DNA of 64,000 nt from Selenomonadaceae bacterium (GTDB taxonomy: Bacteria > Bacillota > Negativicutes > Selenomonadales > Selenomonadaceae). Made by a program: the position numbers and the translations under genes. The DNA lies in NCBI GenBank assembly GCA_017549815.1, contig JAFYNH010000018.1, forward strand, positions 586 to 64,585. Reading direction: 5' to 3'. Below, one piece after another: positions 17,222 through 25,731 of this stretch (within the stretch, counting starts at the first letter, position 1; each line of letters begins with the position of its first letter). A model generated the notes under the pieces. The model was not told the origin of the DNA, did no database searches, and saw only the letters and a program-made list of their open reading frames with translations.

Positions 17222-20200
17222 TTTCTGCTGGCTTGCCCTTAATCGGCTCCAAAGTCTCGTTAATCGCCCTGTCGAAGTTGCAAAGCGCGGAGTACAGGCA
17301 ATATTTACAGGCGTCATCATCGGCAGAAAATTTAGCGGGCTTAACTTCGATACAGCCATTCAGAATTTTTTCGGCGGTCGTCTCCAAAATCTTTTCCGCG
17401 TAATCAATAATCGTTTGAAAATCTGCGCGGCTGACAAGATTATCCTTTTTAAAATCGACAAAATTTTCGGTGCTGTCGACGGCAGTTTTAATTTCTTCGT
17501 CAACGCGAATCAAGCCGGGCATTTTCAATTCCTTAGCCGCCTCCGTCGCCGCGTCGGAATCGGTTCTGCCGCTCTTGCTCGGAATTTTTAAGAGACAGTA
17601 AAGCATTGCGCCCGCCTCGCGCCCGCCGACTTCCTCAAGACTTTTCGCCGCCCCAAGATAAATCGCCAGTTGAAGATTTAGCCCGTGATAAATTTTCTTC
17701 AAACTGATTGCCGCCTTGCCCGTCTTATAATCCATAATCAGAAAATATTTCCCGTCGCCGCTTAAATCTATTCGGTCAATGCGCCCGTTTAAATTTATCG
17801 CAACGTCGTCAAAATTTTTCTCCTCGTGAAAACCCGCCTCAAAAATCTGCGGATGAAATTCGCTCGCCTTATCCAGCTCGATTAATCGGCTTAAGGATTC
17901 GACGGCGACTTTTTTTATGCGCTCGCGACGGTGCTCCAAAGTTTTCGTGCTTAACAAAATTTTATTGTGCAGACGCGGCGTTATCGTCTCTAAAATTTTT
18001 TCAACGCGCCCTTGAAGTTCAATCGCATTAACCGACGACCATTGACGCCCTTCCTTTTTTAAATCGCGCCCAAATCGGCTCATAACCGCATGAAGAATAT
18101 TTCCTATGTCGGGCGTTTGAATTTTGTATTCGACACGCTCATTTAAGCCCAAACCGAACTTAGCAAAGTATCTGAACGGGCAAGAATTGAAATTTTCAAA
18201 GCGCGTGATTGACGCTTCCATTTTCTTAGCGGGCGCGTAAAGTTTTTTAGCCGTTTCGCCCGATAAAACTTTTTCGTTCGCCGCAAATTCGATTTCACTG
18301 CCTAAATTTTCCAAAACGTCTAGTTCAACTTTAATCGTCGGCACGTTCGGGAAAATTTTTTTTATCTTGCTTAGCAATGACGACGCGGAAATTTTTTTAC
18401 CTTCAGCGTCGGCTAGAGGATATGAAATTTGTAAAAACTCCCGCGCCTCCGTCAGTCCGCGATAAATTAAAAATTTCTCCGCCAACGAATTTTCTTTGCC
18501 GCCTAATGAAATTTCTAAGCCCGATTCGTTCAATCTCAATCTGTCAGCGTCATTGAGTAAATTTTTTTCTCCGACTCTGCGCGGAAAATTCTCATCGTCA
18601 AAGCCTAAGATAAATATTGCCCGCGAATTCTGTAAAGAGTTTTGATCGAATTGCGCGACCGTCACTTCGTCAAGACCGGGCGGAATAAGCGACATTTCCA
18701 AAGCCTCAAGCCCTTCGCCGATTATAGATTCAAATTCGGGGCGCGTGATTGTTTCTTCGCCCAGCGCGTCAACTATTTGCTCAAATAAATTTATAACGTC
18801 GTCCCAGATTTTTAAATGTTCTCGCGAAAGAGCAAGATTCCCGCGCAGTTCCTCTGCTTGCGACCATTCCAATAATTTTTCGTGGACTTTAAGCTCTTCA
18901 AGCAAATTAAATAATGCCGTCGTCAGCAAAATGACTTCTCCCTTTGAATTTTTTACTCGCTCGGCGAAATTTATCATCGGAGCCGCGCAGATTTTTCTGA
19001 CTGAATTAATTTTCTCCAGATATTCTAGCTCATCAACGGCGGCGGGACGTTCGGGCGCGTCTAAAGATTTTACTCGCCGATAATCCCAATCCCGCTGCCA
19101 ATTCGCCGAACCTTTTATCCCAAATTCGATAACATAATTCTCCAAAAGGTCGATTTCCTCTTGCCGCACGTCGAAAAAGCCCGTCTTTAAGCAACGGAAA
19201 ATTGATTCTCGCCGCCAACCGCGCAGAACTTCCAACGCCGAACGAATTAACTCCGCTAATGGGTGTTGCGACGCCGCCCTTTTCCTGTCGATAAAGTAAG
19301 GTATCGCGTGAATCTCGAATATCGGCTTTATTAGAGAAAAATATTTGTCGTCACGTGCCAAAATCCCTATGTCGCGCAGGCGATAATTTTTTTTGACGAG
19401 TTGTAAAATTTCTCTCGCGACTGATTCGACTTCCGCCCGTTTATTGACCGCCTCAACTATTTTTAAGCCCGTCGCTCCGTCAAAACTTTTTGGCGAATAA
19501 TTAAATAGCCTTTGCTCCAAAATTTTCAGCGGCTCATGCTTAAATCTGCGCTGAATATCAAGGCGCGTAATTTTAAAATCAATGTTAAGCTCCGTAGCAA
19601 AATTTTTCAGCGTGTGAAAAGTCTTCGACGAACGATTAAAAATCCCGACCTCTGAAAGATTCTCGCGGCTGTTCAAATCAGTATCCATCGGCAAAGTTAT
19701 ATGGACATTCCTAGCGCAGGTGAATAATTTCTTCAAAAAATTGCGCTGTTGCGGGTCGAAGAAGATAAATCCGTCAATAAAAATTTCCGCATTGCCTATA
19801 GTCGGCGATTGCTCCATAAATTCCGTCGCCCGTTCCAATAAATTTTCGTCATCAGTCAATTTGTCTGCCAACGCCGCCTTAAAATCTTCCGTCAAAAGTT
19901 CCAAGTCGCGCAATTTATCCTTAAGCTCGTCATTGTCGACTTTGTCCGCCGCCTCGTTCAATTTTTCCGCGTCGATTGAATAAGTCCTTAACTCTTTGAG
20001 CTCTTCAGATAAAATTTCGGCGAATCCGTGTTGCTTTGCCGCTCGAACGAAAAATTTTAAATCGCCCGCCTTATCGCGTCTCAAAAGAATTTTCCTAAGC
20101 AAAAGTCGCCGTCCGATTTCCGATATGCGCGGGATTAAGCCGCCGCCGATTTCGTCCAGAATTTGTCTTGCAAATCGATTAAAACTGTTCATGCGCGTAT

Positions 20201-20375
20201 TGAATGCACCGCCCGTTATCGCCGCCAATTCCAATTCTGCGCGATACGTTTGATACGCAGGCAGTAAAAAAATTATTTCCGTCTTAAGCGGCTCCGTCTC
20301 CAAAATTTTCTTCGCGCACTCAAGGCAATGAACAGTTTTGCCGACGCCCGCCCTTCCGATTATCATTTCAATCAT
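17187..20375 (-). CDS. addB: ATP-dependent helicase/deoxyribonuclease subunit B (AddB/RexB type, Fe-S nuclease)
   Basis: N-terminal GRAGVGKT. C-terminal nuclease region has FNSCPFRYF, GRIDRID, IMDYKTGK and CKYCLYSALC (the four-Cys cluster typical of AddB). 1062 aa. Confidence 0.85.
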   Translation of the reverse strand: MIEMIIGRAGVGKTVHCLECAKKILETEPLKTEIIFLLPAYQTYRAELELAAITGGAFNTRMNSFNRFARQILDEIGGGLIPRISEIGRRLLLRKILLRRDKAGDLKFFVRAAKQHGFAEILSEELKELRTYSIDAEKLNEAADKVDNDELKDKLRDLELLTEDFKAALADKLTDDENLLERATEFMEQSPTIGNAEIFIDGFIFFDPQQRNFLKKLFTCARNVHITLPMDTDLNSRENLSEVGIFNRSSKTFHTLKNFATELNIDFKITRLDIQRRFKHEPLKILEQRLFNYSPKSFDGATGLKIVEAVNKRAEVESVAREILQLVKKNYRLRDIGILARDDKYFSLIKPIFEIHAIPYFIDRKRAASQHPLAELIRSALEVLRGWRRESIFRCLKTGFFDVRQEEIDLLENYVIEFGIKGSANWQRDWDYRRVKSLDAPERPAAVDELEYLEKINSVRKICAAPMINFAERVKNSKGEVILLTTALFNLLEELKVHEKLLEWSQAEELRGNLALSREHLKIWDDVINLFEQIVDALGEETITRPEFESIIGEGLEALEMSLIPPGLDEVTVAQFDQNSLQNSRAIFILGFDDENFPRRVGEKNLLNDADRLRLNESGLEISLGGKENSLAEKFLIYRGLTEAREFLQISYPLADAEGKKISASSLLSKIKKIFPNVPTIKVELDVLENLGSEIEFAANEKVLSGETAKKLYAPAKKMEASITRFENFNSCPFRYFAKFGLGLNERVEYKIQTPDIGNILHAVMSRFGRDLKKEGRQWSSVNAIELQGRVEKILETITPRLHNKILLSTKTLEHRRERIKKVAVESLSRLIELDKASEFHPQIFEAGFHEEKNFDDVAINLNGRIDRIDLSGDGKYFLIMDYKTGKAAISLKKIYHGLNLQLAIYLGAAKSLEEVGGREAGAMLYCLLKIPSKSGRTDSDAATEAAKELKMPGLIRVDEEIKTAVDSTENFVDFKKDNLVSRADFQTIIDYAEKILETTAEKILNGCIEVKPAKFSADDDACKYCLYSALCNFDRAINETLEPIKGKPAEIISEMNEILRI

Positions 20376-20448
20376 TTAAATCACTCCCACGCACATTATA
20401 CAAAAAATTCCACGTTGTGATATAATCGCCGTAAAAAATTTTTGGGAA

Positions 20449-21948
20449 GTGATAATGTTGATAAAAATTTCCCCGACGCTCGAAGATTTTCAAACCTTCG
20501 CGCAGAATTCTAACTTAATCGCCGTGAGTGCCAATATCAGTACCGATTTGGATACTCCCGTCTCCATTTTTTATAAAATCGTTGACGGGCGCGGCTTTAT
20601 CCTCGAATCGGTCGATACTACGCAACAATCTTTCGGGCGATTTTCTTTTATCGGTGCCGAACCGTTCGTTGAATTGCAAGTTTTCAAGTCAAAACTCATG
20701 ATTCGCGACGGCGATTTAATGAAATGCATTGACGGCGAACCTGTCGACGCCATTAAAAAGTTCATGGCGCGTTATAAGCCCGCTAATCTCGATAAAAATC
20801 TCCCGCTCGCTAACGGCGGCATGGTCGGCTACTTTAACTTTGAAGTTGCCGCTACTTTCGACAGAATTCGCGGTCTCGAACTCGGCGACGAAGAACTTTT
20901 GGGGCAATTTATGATTTGTCGCGTCCTTATCGTTCTCGACGCTCTTAAAAATTCTGCGCGGCTCATTTATCTCGCCGACATTAAAAATCAAGACAATTTG
21001 CCCGAACTTTACGACGAAATAACTGCGCGGATGAATGAACTTGCCGAAAAAATTTCCGCGCCCGTAAAAGTAATCGCGCCTGAAAAAATTCCTCACAAAC
21101 CTATAAATTTCTTGGAAAAATACGGTGAAGCTCCTACAGAAGTACTTAAAGCTATCGAACGCGCTAAGGAATACATTTTCGCGGGCGATATTTTCCAAGT
21201 CGTGCCGTCTAAGCAATTCAAAGCTAAAATTTCTAAGCCCGCCTTCCTGTTTTATCGCAAACTACGCCAAATTAATCCGTCGCCCTATATGTTCTATCTG
21301 AATTTCGGCAGTGTTAAATTGGTCGGCGCGTCGCCCGAAATGTTGGTTAAAGTCGCCGGCAAAAAAGTTTATACCTACCCGATAGCCGGCACTCGAAGGC
21401 GCGGTAAGGATTTTGAGGAAGATAATTTGCTTGCCGCCGAATTGAAAGCCGATATTAAGGAATGCGCCGAACATTCAATGCTTGTCGACCTTGCGCGTAA
21501 TGATTTGGGCAGAATTTCAGAGGCAGGCACTGTTAAGGTTGAAAAACTCCGCGCCGTCGAATATTTTAGTCACGTTATGCATATGGTTTCGAGTGTTTCG
21601 GGCATTTTGAAGGAAAATTTCAAGGCGATAGACGTTTTGAAGGCAACATTTCCTGCTGGGACGGTCAGTGGTGCGCCTAAACTTCGCGCAATGGAAATTA
21701 TTCATGAATTGGAGCCTGTACGCCGCAAAAGTTATGCCGGAACGGTCGGCTACATGGATTTTTGCGGAAATATGGATATGTGCATAACATTGCGGACGAT
21801 GAGGATAGAAAATGACGTTGAGGCGATAATTCAGACGGGCGCGGGCATAGTAGCTGATTCGATTCCGATTAACGAGTACCGAGAATTCCTGCAAAAGGCT
21901 AAAGCGTTATTTGAAGTGGTCGAGGAGGTGGAGAATAATGAGAAATGA
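20449..21948 (+). CDS. Anthranilate synthase component I family protein (TrpE/PabB)
   Basis: Motifs FILESVD...GRFSFIG, YPIAGTRRRG, MLVDLARNDLGR, GAPK and GTVGY. An alternative start is the ATG at 20455. TrpE versus PabB cannot be decided here. Confidence 0.85.
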   Translation: MIMLIKISPTLEDFQTFAQNSNLIAVSANISTDLDTPVSIFYKIVDGRGFILESVDTTQQSFGRFSFIGAEPFVELQVFKSKLMIRDGDLMKCIDGEPVDAIKKFMARYKPANLDKNLPLANGGMVGYFNFEVAATFDRIRGLELGDEELLGQFMICRVLIVLDALKNSARLIYLADIKNQDNLPELYDEITARMNELAEKISAPVKVIAPEKIPHKPINFLEKYGEAPTEVLKAIERAKEYIFAGDIFQVVPSKQFKAKISKPAFLFYRKLRQINPSPYMFYLNFGSVKLVGASPEMLVKVAGKKVYTYPIAGTRRRGKDFEEDNLLAAELKADIKECAEHSMLVDLARNDLGRISEAGTVKVEKLRAVEYFSHVMHMVSSVSGILKENFKAIDVLKATFPAGTVSGAPKLRAMEIIHELEPVRRKSYAGTVGYMDFCGNMDMCITLRTMRIENDVEAIIQTGAGIVADSIPINEYREFLQKAKALFEVVEEVENNEK

Positions 21949-22531
21949 GGAATTAGGAATGAGGAATGGGAAAATCCTTCTGCTCGATAACTACGATTCG
22001 TTCACATACAACGTCTATCAGCTGATTTCGGAGTTAGGCGGGTCGGTTGAGGTCGTTCGCAATGATAAAATAACGATTGAGGCGGTAAAAAGTTATTCAG
22101 CAGTGATAATTTCGCCGGGACCGGGAATACCGAGCGACTCGGGCATATCAGAGCAAATAATTTCCGAACTCAAAGGCGAGTTGCCGATTTTGGGAATTTG
22201 TTTAGGACATCAAGCGATTGGCGAAGTATTTGGCGGGAAAATCATTCGGGCGGCTGAAATAGTTCACGGGAAGACTTCAAAGCTGATACACAATGGCAAA
22301 GGGCTTTACGACGGGTTAAAACAAGGCGTGGAAGTCGGACGGTATCATTCATTGATAATAGAGCGAGAAACGTTGCCGAAATGCTTAGAAATAACGAGCG
22401 AGCTGGAAGACGGCACGATAATGGGAGTTCGGCACAAGGAATTTGAGATTGAGGGGATACAATTCCACCCCGAATCGATATTAACGCCGAGCGGGCGGCA
22501 AATGATGATAAATTTCTTGAAGCGGCTGTAG
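21938..22531 (+). CDS. Glutamine amidotransferase component II (TrpG/PabA)
   Basis: Motifs ILLLDNYDSFTYN, LGICLGHQAIG (catalytic Cys) and QFHPES. The ATG at 21938 follows GAGGAGGTGGAG and overlaps the upstream stop. Confidence 0.85.
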   Translation: MRNEELGMRNGKILLLDNYDSFTYNVYQLISELGGSVEVVRNDKITIEAVKSYSAVIISPGPGIPSDSGISEQIISELKGELPILGICLGHQAIGEVFGGKIIRAAEIVHGKTSKLIHNGKGLYDGLKQGVEVGRYHSLIIERETLPKCLEITSELEDGTIMGVRHKEFEIEGIQFHPESILTPSGRQMMINFLKRL

Positions 22532-22557
22532 AAGTGATTGACAGAATAAAAAAAGGT

Positions 22558-22588
22558 TCCTGTAGCGATGAGCTGCAGGATTTTTTTT
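22558..22588 (+). terminator. Rho-independent terminator after trpG/pabA
   Basis: TCCTGtAGC...GCTgCAGGA stem followed by eight T residues. Confidence 0.65.
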
Positions 22589-22888
22589 ATCCGTTATGAT
22601 TTTGTTGGTTGAGAGTAAAATTTTTCTGTTGGAGCCAGTGAAAGTAGTTTTGGAGGCTTGAAAGTGATTTTAAATCTTTCGAGAGCTTTTGAGCGTTTAA
22701 AATCGGTTTGAAAGGGCGTTTGAAAGGCTTAAAAACCAAATCCGCCATAGTGGACGATTAAAAGTATATAAATGGCGTGGTGGCGCGGTTTATTAGGAAT
22801 TGGGGTTTTGGAGTGGCAAAAAGGGCACAAAAAATCCGCCATAACGGATTCTATCGTTTAAATGTCCGTCATAGCGGATTTTGAAATT

Positions 22889-23074
22889 TCAGCTTGCGAT
22901 GTTCCGTTTTTGCTTACGAAGTCGCGCAGGTTTCATTTTAGCGAGTTCCTCATCAGTCAATGGCGGAATATCGCTGTAATCAATTTCATCATCTTCAAGG
23001 TCTTTAATTTCTAAAATGCGCTGTTGCTGTTCGGCACTTATTTTCATGCCCTTATATACAACCATACTGCCCAT
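22889..23074 (-). CDS. brnA: BrnA-family antitoxin
   Basis: EDDEIDYSDIPPLTDEELAKMKPA matches the BrnA signature. The ATG at 23074 is preceded by AAGGAG with 8-nt spacing and overlaps the end of brnT. Confidence 0.7.
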   Translation of the reverse strand: MGSMVVYKGMKISAEQQQRILEIKDLEDDEIDYSDIPPLTDEELAKMKPARLRKQKRNIAS

Positions 23075-23354
23075 TATATTTGCTCCTTTCTTTTTTATTA
23101 GCACGTCGAGCCGATATGAGACGATATTTTTCGCCGCGTTCAGTATAAATGACGACAAGAATTTTTCCGACTCGACCTATTACCTTGATTCGGTCTTCGT
23201 CATCACTATGTTCCGCGTCGTAGTCATCAATCAGATTTTCATCAAGAAAGATTAACGCCGCGTCCTCAAAATGAATTCCGTGTTTCTTATAGTTAATTTC
23301 GGCTTTGTTGTCGTCCCACTCGACTATTTGTTTGCCAACTTCAATCTCGCCCAT
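23052..23354 (-). CDS. brnT: BrnT-family (DUF497) ribonuclease toxin
   Basis: VEWDDNKAEINYKKHGIHFEDAALIF...RIKVIGR...LVVIYTERGEKYRLISARRANKKERSKY. RBS is GGAGGTG. Confidence 0.85.
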   Translation of the reverse strand: MGEIEVGKQIVEWDDNKAEINYKKHGIHFEDAALIFLDENLIDDYDAEHSDDEDRIKVIGRVGKILVVIYTERGEKYRLISARRANKKERSKYNGQYGCI

Positions 23355-23473
23355 ATAATCACCTCCGCAAATAGTTTAACAAAAATTTTTCAATGTGTAA
23401 ACGAAAAACCCCTCCGACATTACGCCGAATGGATTTTGGAATTTGTTCGTCTTCAGCAGTTGTATACAAGTTT

Positions 23474-24811
23474 TTACTTGCCAATAGCTTTAAGACAGGC
23501 TTCACGATTATTTTTTGCCTTTGTATGGTTCGGATTAAGTTCAAGAGCCTTTTCAAAGTCTTTAAGTGCTTGTTCATATTTTTTCATACAATAATAAGCC
23601 CAACCGCGATTGTTGTACGCATTGGCGTAATTCGGATTGAGTTCAATAGCTTTGTTGTAATCTTGAATAGCGAGTTCGTTTCGTCTGGTTTCATTATAAG
23701 CAATGCCGCGATTGTTGTACGCCTTATCAAAATTCGGATTCAGCTCGATAGTCTTGTTATAGTCCTGAATGGCTCGCTCGTATTGTCCTAAAGCTTTATA
23801 AGCATTGCCGCGATTATAGTATGCATCTGCATAATTCGGATTAAGCTCGATAGCCTTGTTGTAATCTTGAATAGCTCGCTCGTATTGTTTTAATCCGTCC
23901 ATATAAGCAACGCCGCGATTGTTGTACGCCTCTGCATAATTCGGATTGAGTTCGATTGCCTTGTTGTAATCTTGAATAGCTCGCTCGTTTTGTCCTAAAT
24001 CAGAATAAGCATTGCCGCGATTGTTGTATGCATATGATAAATTTGGATTGAGTTTTAGTTCTATTGCCTTGTCAAAATATTTAATCGCTTGTTCATATTG
24101 CTTTAAGCCGTTACAAGCAGTTCCGCGACCGTAATAAGCTCCTGCATTGTCAGGATTTAATTTAACAGCCTCGTCGAAAAGATTTTTGGCACCATTGAAA
24201 TCTTTTTGTTCCCAAAGTTTCCAGCCGTCCGCAACTTTTTGATTCGACAGGAAGATTTTATCCTCTGCTTCAAATTTTTTGGTTATTTGTTCTCTGTCCT
24301 GAGGTTTGGCGGCAAGTTGACGTTTGAGTTCGGCGATTTGGCGAGCTTGTTCCTCATTAGCCTTGCGAAGAGCTTCCATTTGCGATACGAGAGTAGATTT
24401 TTCTTGTTCGTCCTTATTAAGCCAGCGCGTGATGTCAGAATCGTCGATTTGAGCCTTGACAGTGACGCGAATCAGCAGACCTTCCATGTTATCGATTTGT
24501 TCATATGGTAAAAAATGCGGTTCCTCAACCAATTTGATGATATTTGCGGTTATAGTTTCGATAACGTCTTCTTCAAGTTCAAAATTTCTCTCACGAGAAT
24601 AACTCTTGACGTAAACCCCCGCTTGTTCACAAGCATAACGCATGGCGTCGGCTTTAGCGCGTTCTTTAGCGACTCCGAGATTTTCACCTTCGCTCATACA
24701 GTAAGAACCTTCGCCGATATATATTTCAGCGTGCGAAACGGCGGCGAAAAGCATAATCGAGACTGCAAACAGAATAGAAACGGTTCGTCGAAAGATTTTC
24801 CTCCAGTTCAT
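23474..24811 (-). CDS. Secreted TPR-repeat protein (signal peptide, small N-terminal domain, coiled coil, ~8 TPRs)
   Basis: Start moved to the ATG at 24811 (MNWRKIFRRTVSILFAVSIMLFAAVSHA) after GGGAGG. The recurring unit is NNRG.AY..LGQYERAIQDYNKAIELNPNYA.AY, period 34 aa (102 bp). Confidence 0.8.
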   Translation of the reverse strand: MNWRKIFRRTVSILFAVSIMLFAAVSHAEIYIGEGSYCMSEGENLGVAKERAKADAMRYACEQAGVYVKSYSRERNFELEEDVIETITANIIKLVEEPHFLPYEQIDNMEGLLIRVTVKAQIDDSDITRWLNKDEQEKSTLVSQMEALRKANEEQARQIAELKRQLAAKPQDREQITKKFEAEDKIFLSNQKVADGWKLWEQKDFNGAKNLFDEAVKLNPDNAGAYYGRGTACNGLKQYEQAIKYFDKAIELKLNPNLSYAYNNRGNAYSDLGQNERAIQDYNKAIELNPNYAEAYNNRGVAYMDGLKQYERAIQDYNKAIELNPNYADAYYNRGNAYKALGQYERAIQDYNKTIELNPNFDKAYNNRGIAYNETRRNELAIQDYNKAIELNPNYANAYNNRGWAYYCMKKYEQALKDFEKALELNPNHTKAKNNREACLKAIGK

Positions 24812-24933
24812 GACATTAACCTCCCAAAATGTTTTCTTTATAATAACAAACGGAAAAAGATAAATCAAATTTTTATTGCGCAAAATAATTATGGGCGATA
24901 AAATTACTGCAAAAATTTTGGGGAGCAAATGAA

Positions 24934-25731
24934 ATGACGAAGCTTGACAAGTTAAAAGAATATCTGCGCGGGCTGGGAAGTGTAGCGGTAGCGTTTTCTG
25001 GCGGTGTTGATTCGACATTTTTATTAAAAGTCGCGCAGGAAGTTTTAGGCGATAGTGTTTTGGCGTTGACGGCGGAAAATAAATTCGTTCCGATTAGAGA
25101 ACTTAACGCGGCGAAGAAATTCTGCGAGGAAAATAAAATTCGCCGAGTAATTTTTATATCGGACGTATTAAAGATTGCGGGCGTCAAAGAAAATCCAGTA
25201 AATCGCTGTTATCTGTGCAAGCGCGAACTTTTTAGTAATTTTTTACGAATAGCGGCGGAAAATAACTGCGCGGCGGTAGTTGAAGGCTCAAATATGGACG
25301 ATACAAAGGATTATCGACCGGGCATGAAAGCGATTGCGGAATTGGAAATAAAAAGCCCGCTTATCGCCGCCGGACTGTACAAGGCGGAGATTCGCGAGTT
25401 ATCTAAGGAAATGAATTTGCCGACGTGGGATAAGCCGTCGATGGCGTGTTTAGCGTCGCGATTTGCTTACGGAGAACTTTTAACGGTTCAAAAGCTCGCA
25501 ACGGTCGATATGGCAGAAAATATTTTATTAAAAGCGGGCTTTGGACAACTGCGCGTTCGAGTTCACGGGAAAATTGCGCGGATAGAGCTTTTACCAGAAG
25601 ATTTTCCGAAAATCCTAAGCATTCGGGAAGAAATAACTGCGCGGCTTAAGAATTTAGGGTTTGATTATGTTACTTTGGACTTGCAAGGCTACAGAACGGG
25701 CAGTTTGAACGAAATTATAAATCGCGAATAG
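24934..25731 (+). CDS. larE: ATP-dependent sacrificial sulfur transferase LarE (PP-loop ATPase)
   Basis: VAVAFSGGVDSTFLL PP-loop, CYLCKRELF, and the C-terminal VTLDLQGYRTGSLN typical of LarE/TIGR00268. Confidence 0.8.
   Translation: MTKLDKLKEYLRGLGSVAVAFSGGVDSTFLLKVAQEVLGDSVLALTAENKFVPIRELNAAKKFCEENKIRRVIFISDVLKIAGVKENPVNRCYLCKRELFSNFLRIAAENNCAAVVEGSNMDDTKDYRPGMKAIAELEIKSPLIAAGLYKAEIRELSKEMNLPTWDKPSMACLASRFAYGELLTVQKLATVDMAENILLKAGFGQLRVRVHGKIARIELLPEDFPKILSIREEITARLKNLGFDYVTLDLQGYRTGSLNEIINRE

Noticed and set aside
20716-21216. 166-aa minus-strand ORF
   Set aside because: It is antisense to the TrpE/PabB gene.
22769-22858. 29-codon ORF (MAWWRGLLGIGVLEWQKGHKKSAITDSIV) in the trpG-brnA spacer
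   Set aside because: It has no Shine-Dalgarno sequence and no promoter. It is most likely a chance ORF.
23474-24300. 102-bp periodic DNA similarity
   Set aside because: It is explained fully by consecutive TPR units of one protein.
24812-25018. N-terminal extensions of track ORFs (also 2876, 5924, 15152, 27514, 35591, 48299, 48641, 48868, 57698)
   Set aside because: In each case an internal ATG or TTG preceded by a GGAGG-type RBS gives a sensible N-terminus (signal peptide, Rossmann start and so on). The extensions run into promoters or neighbouring genes.
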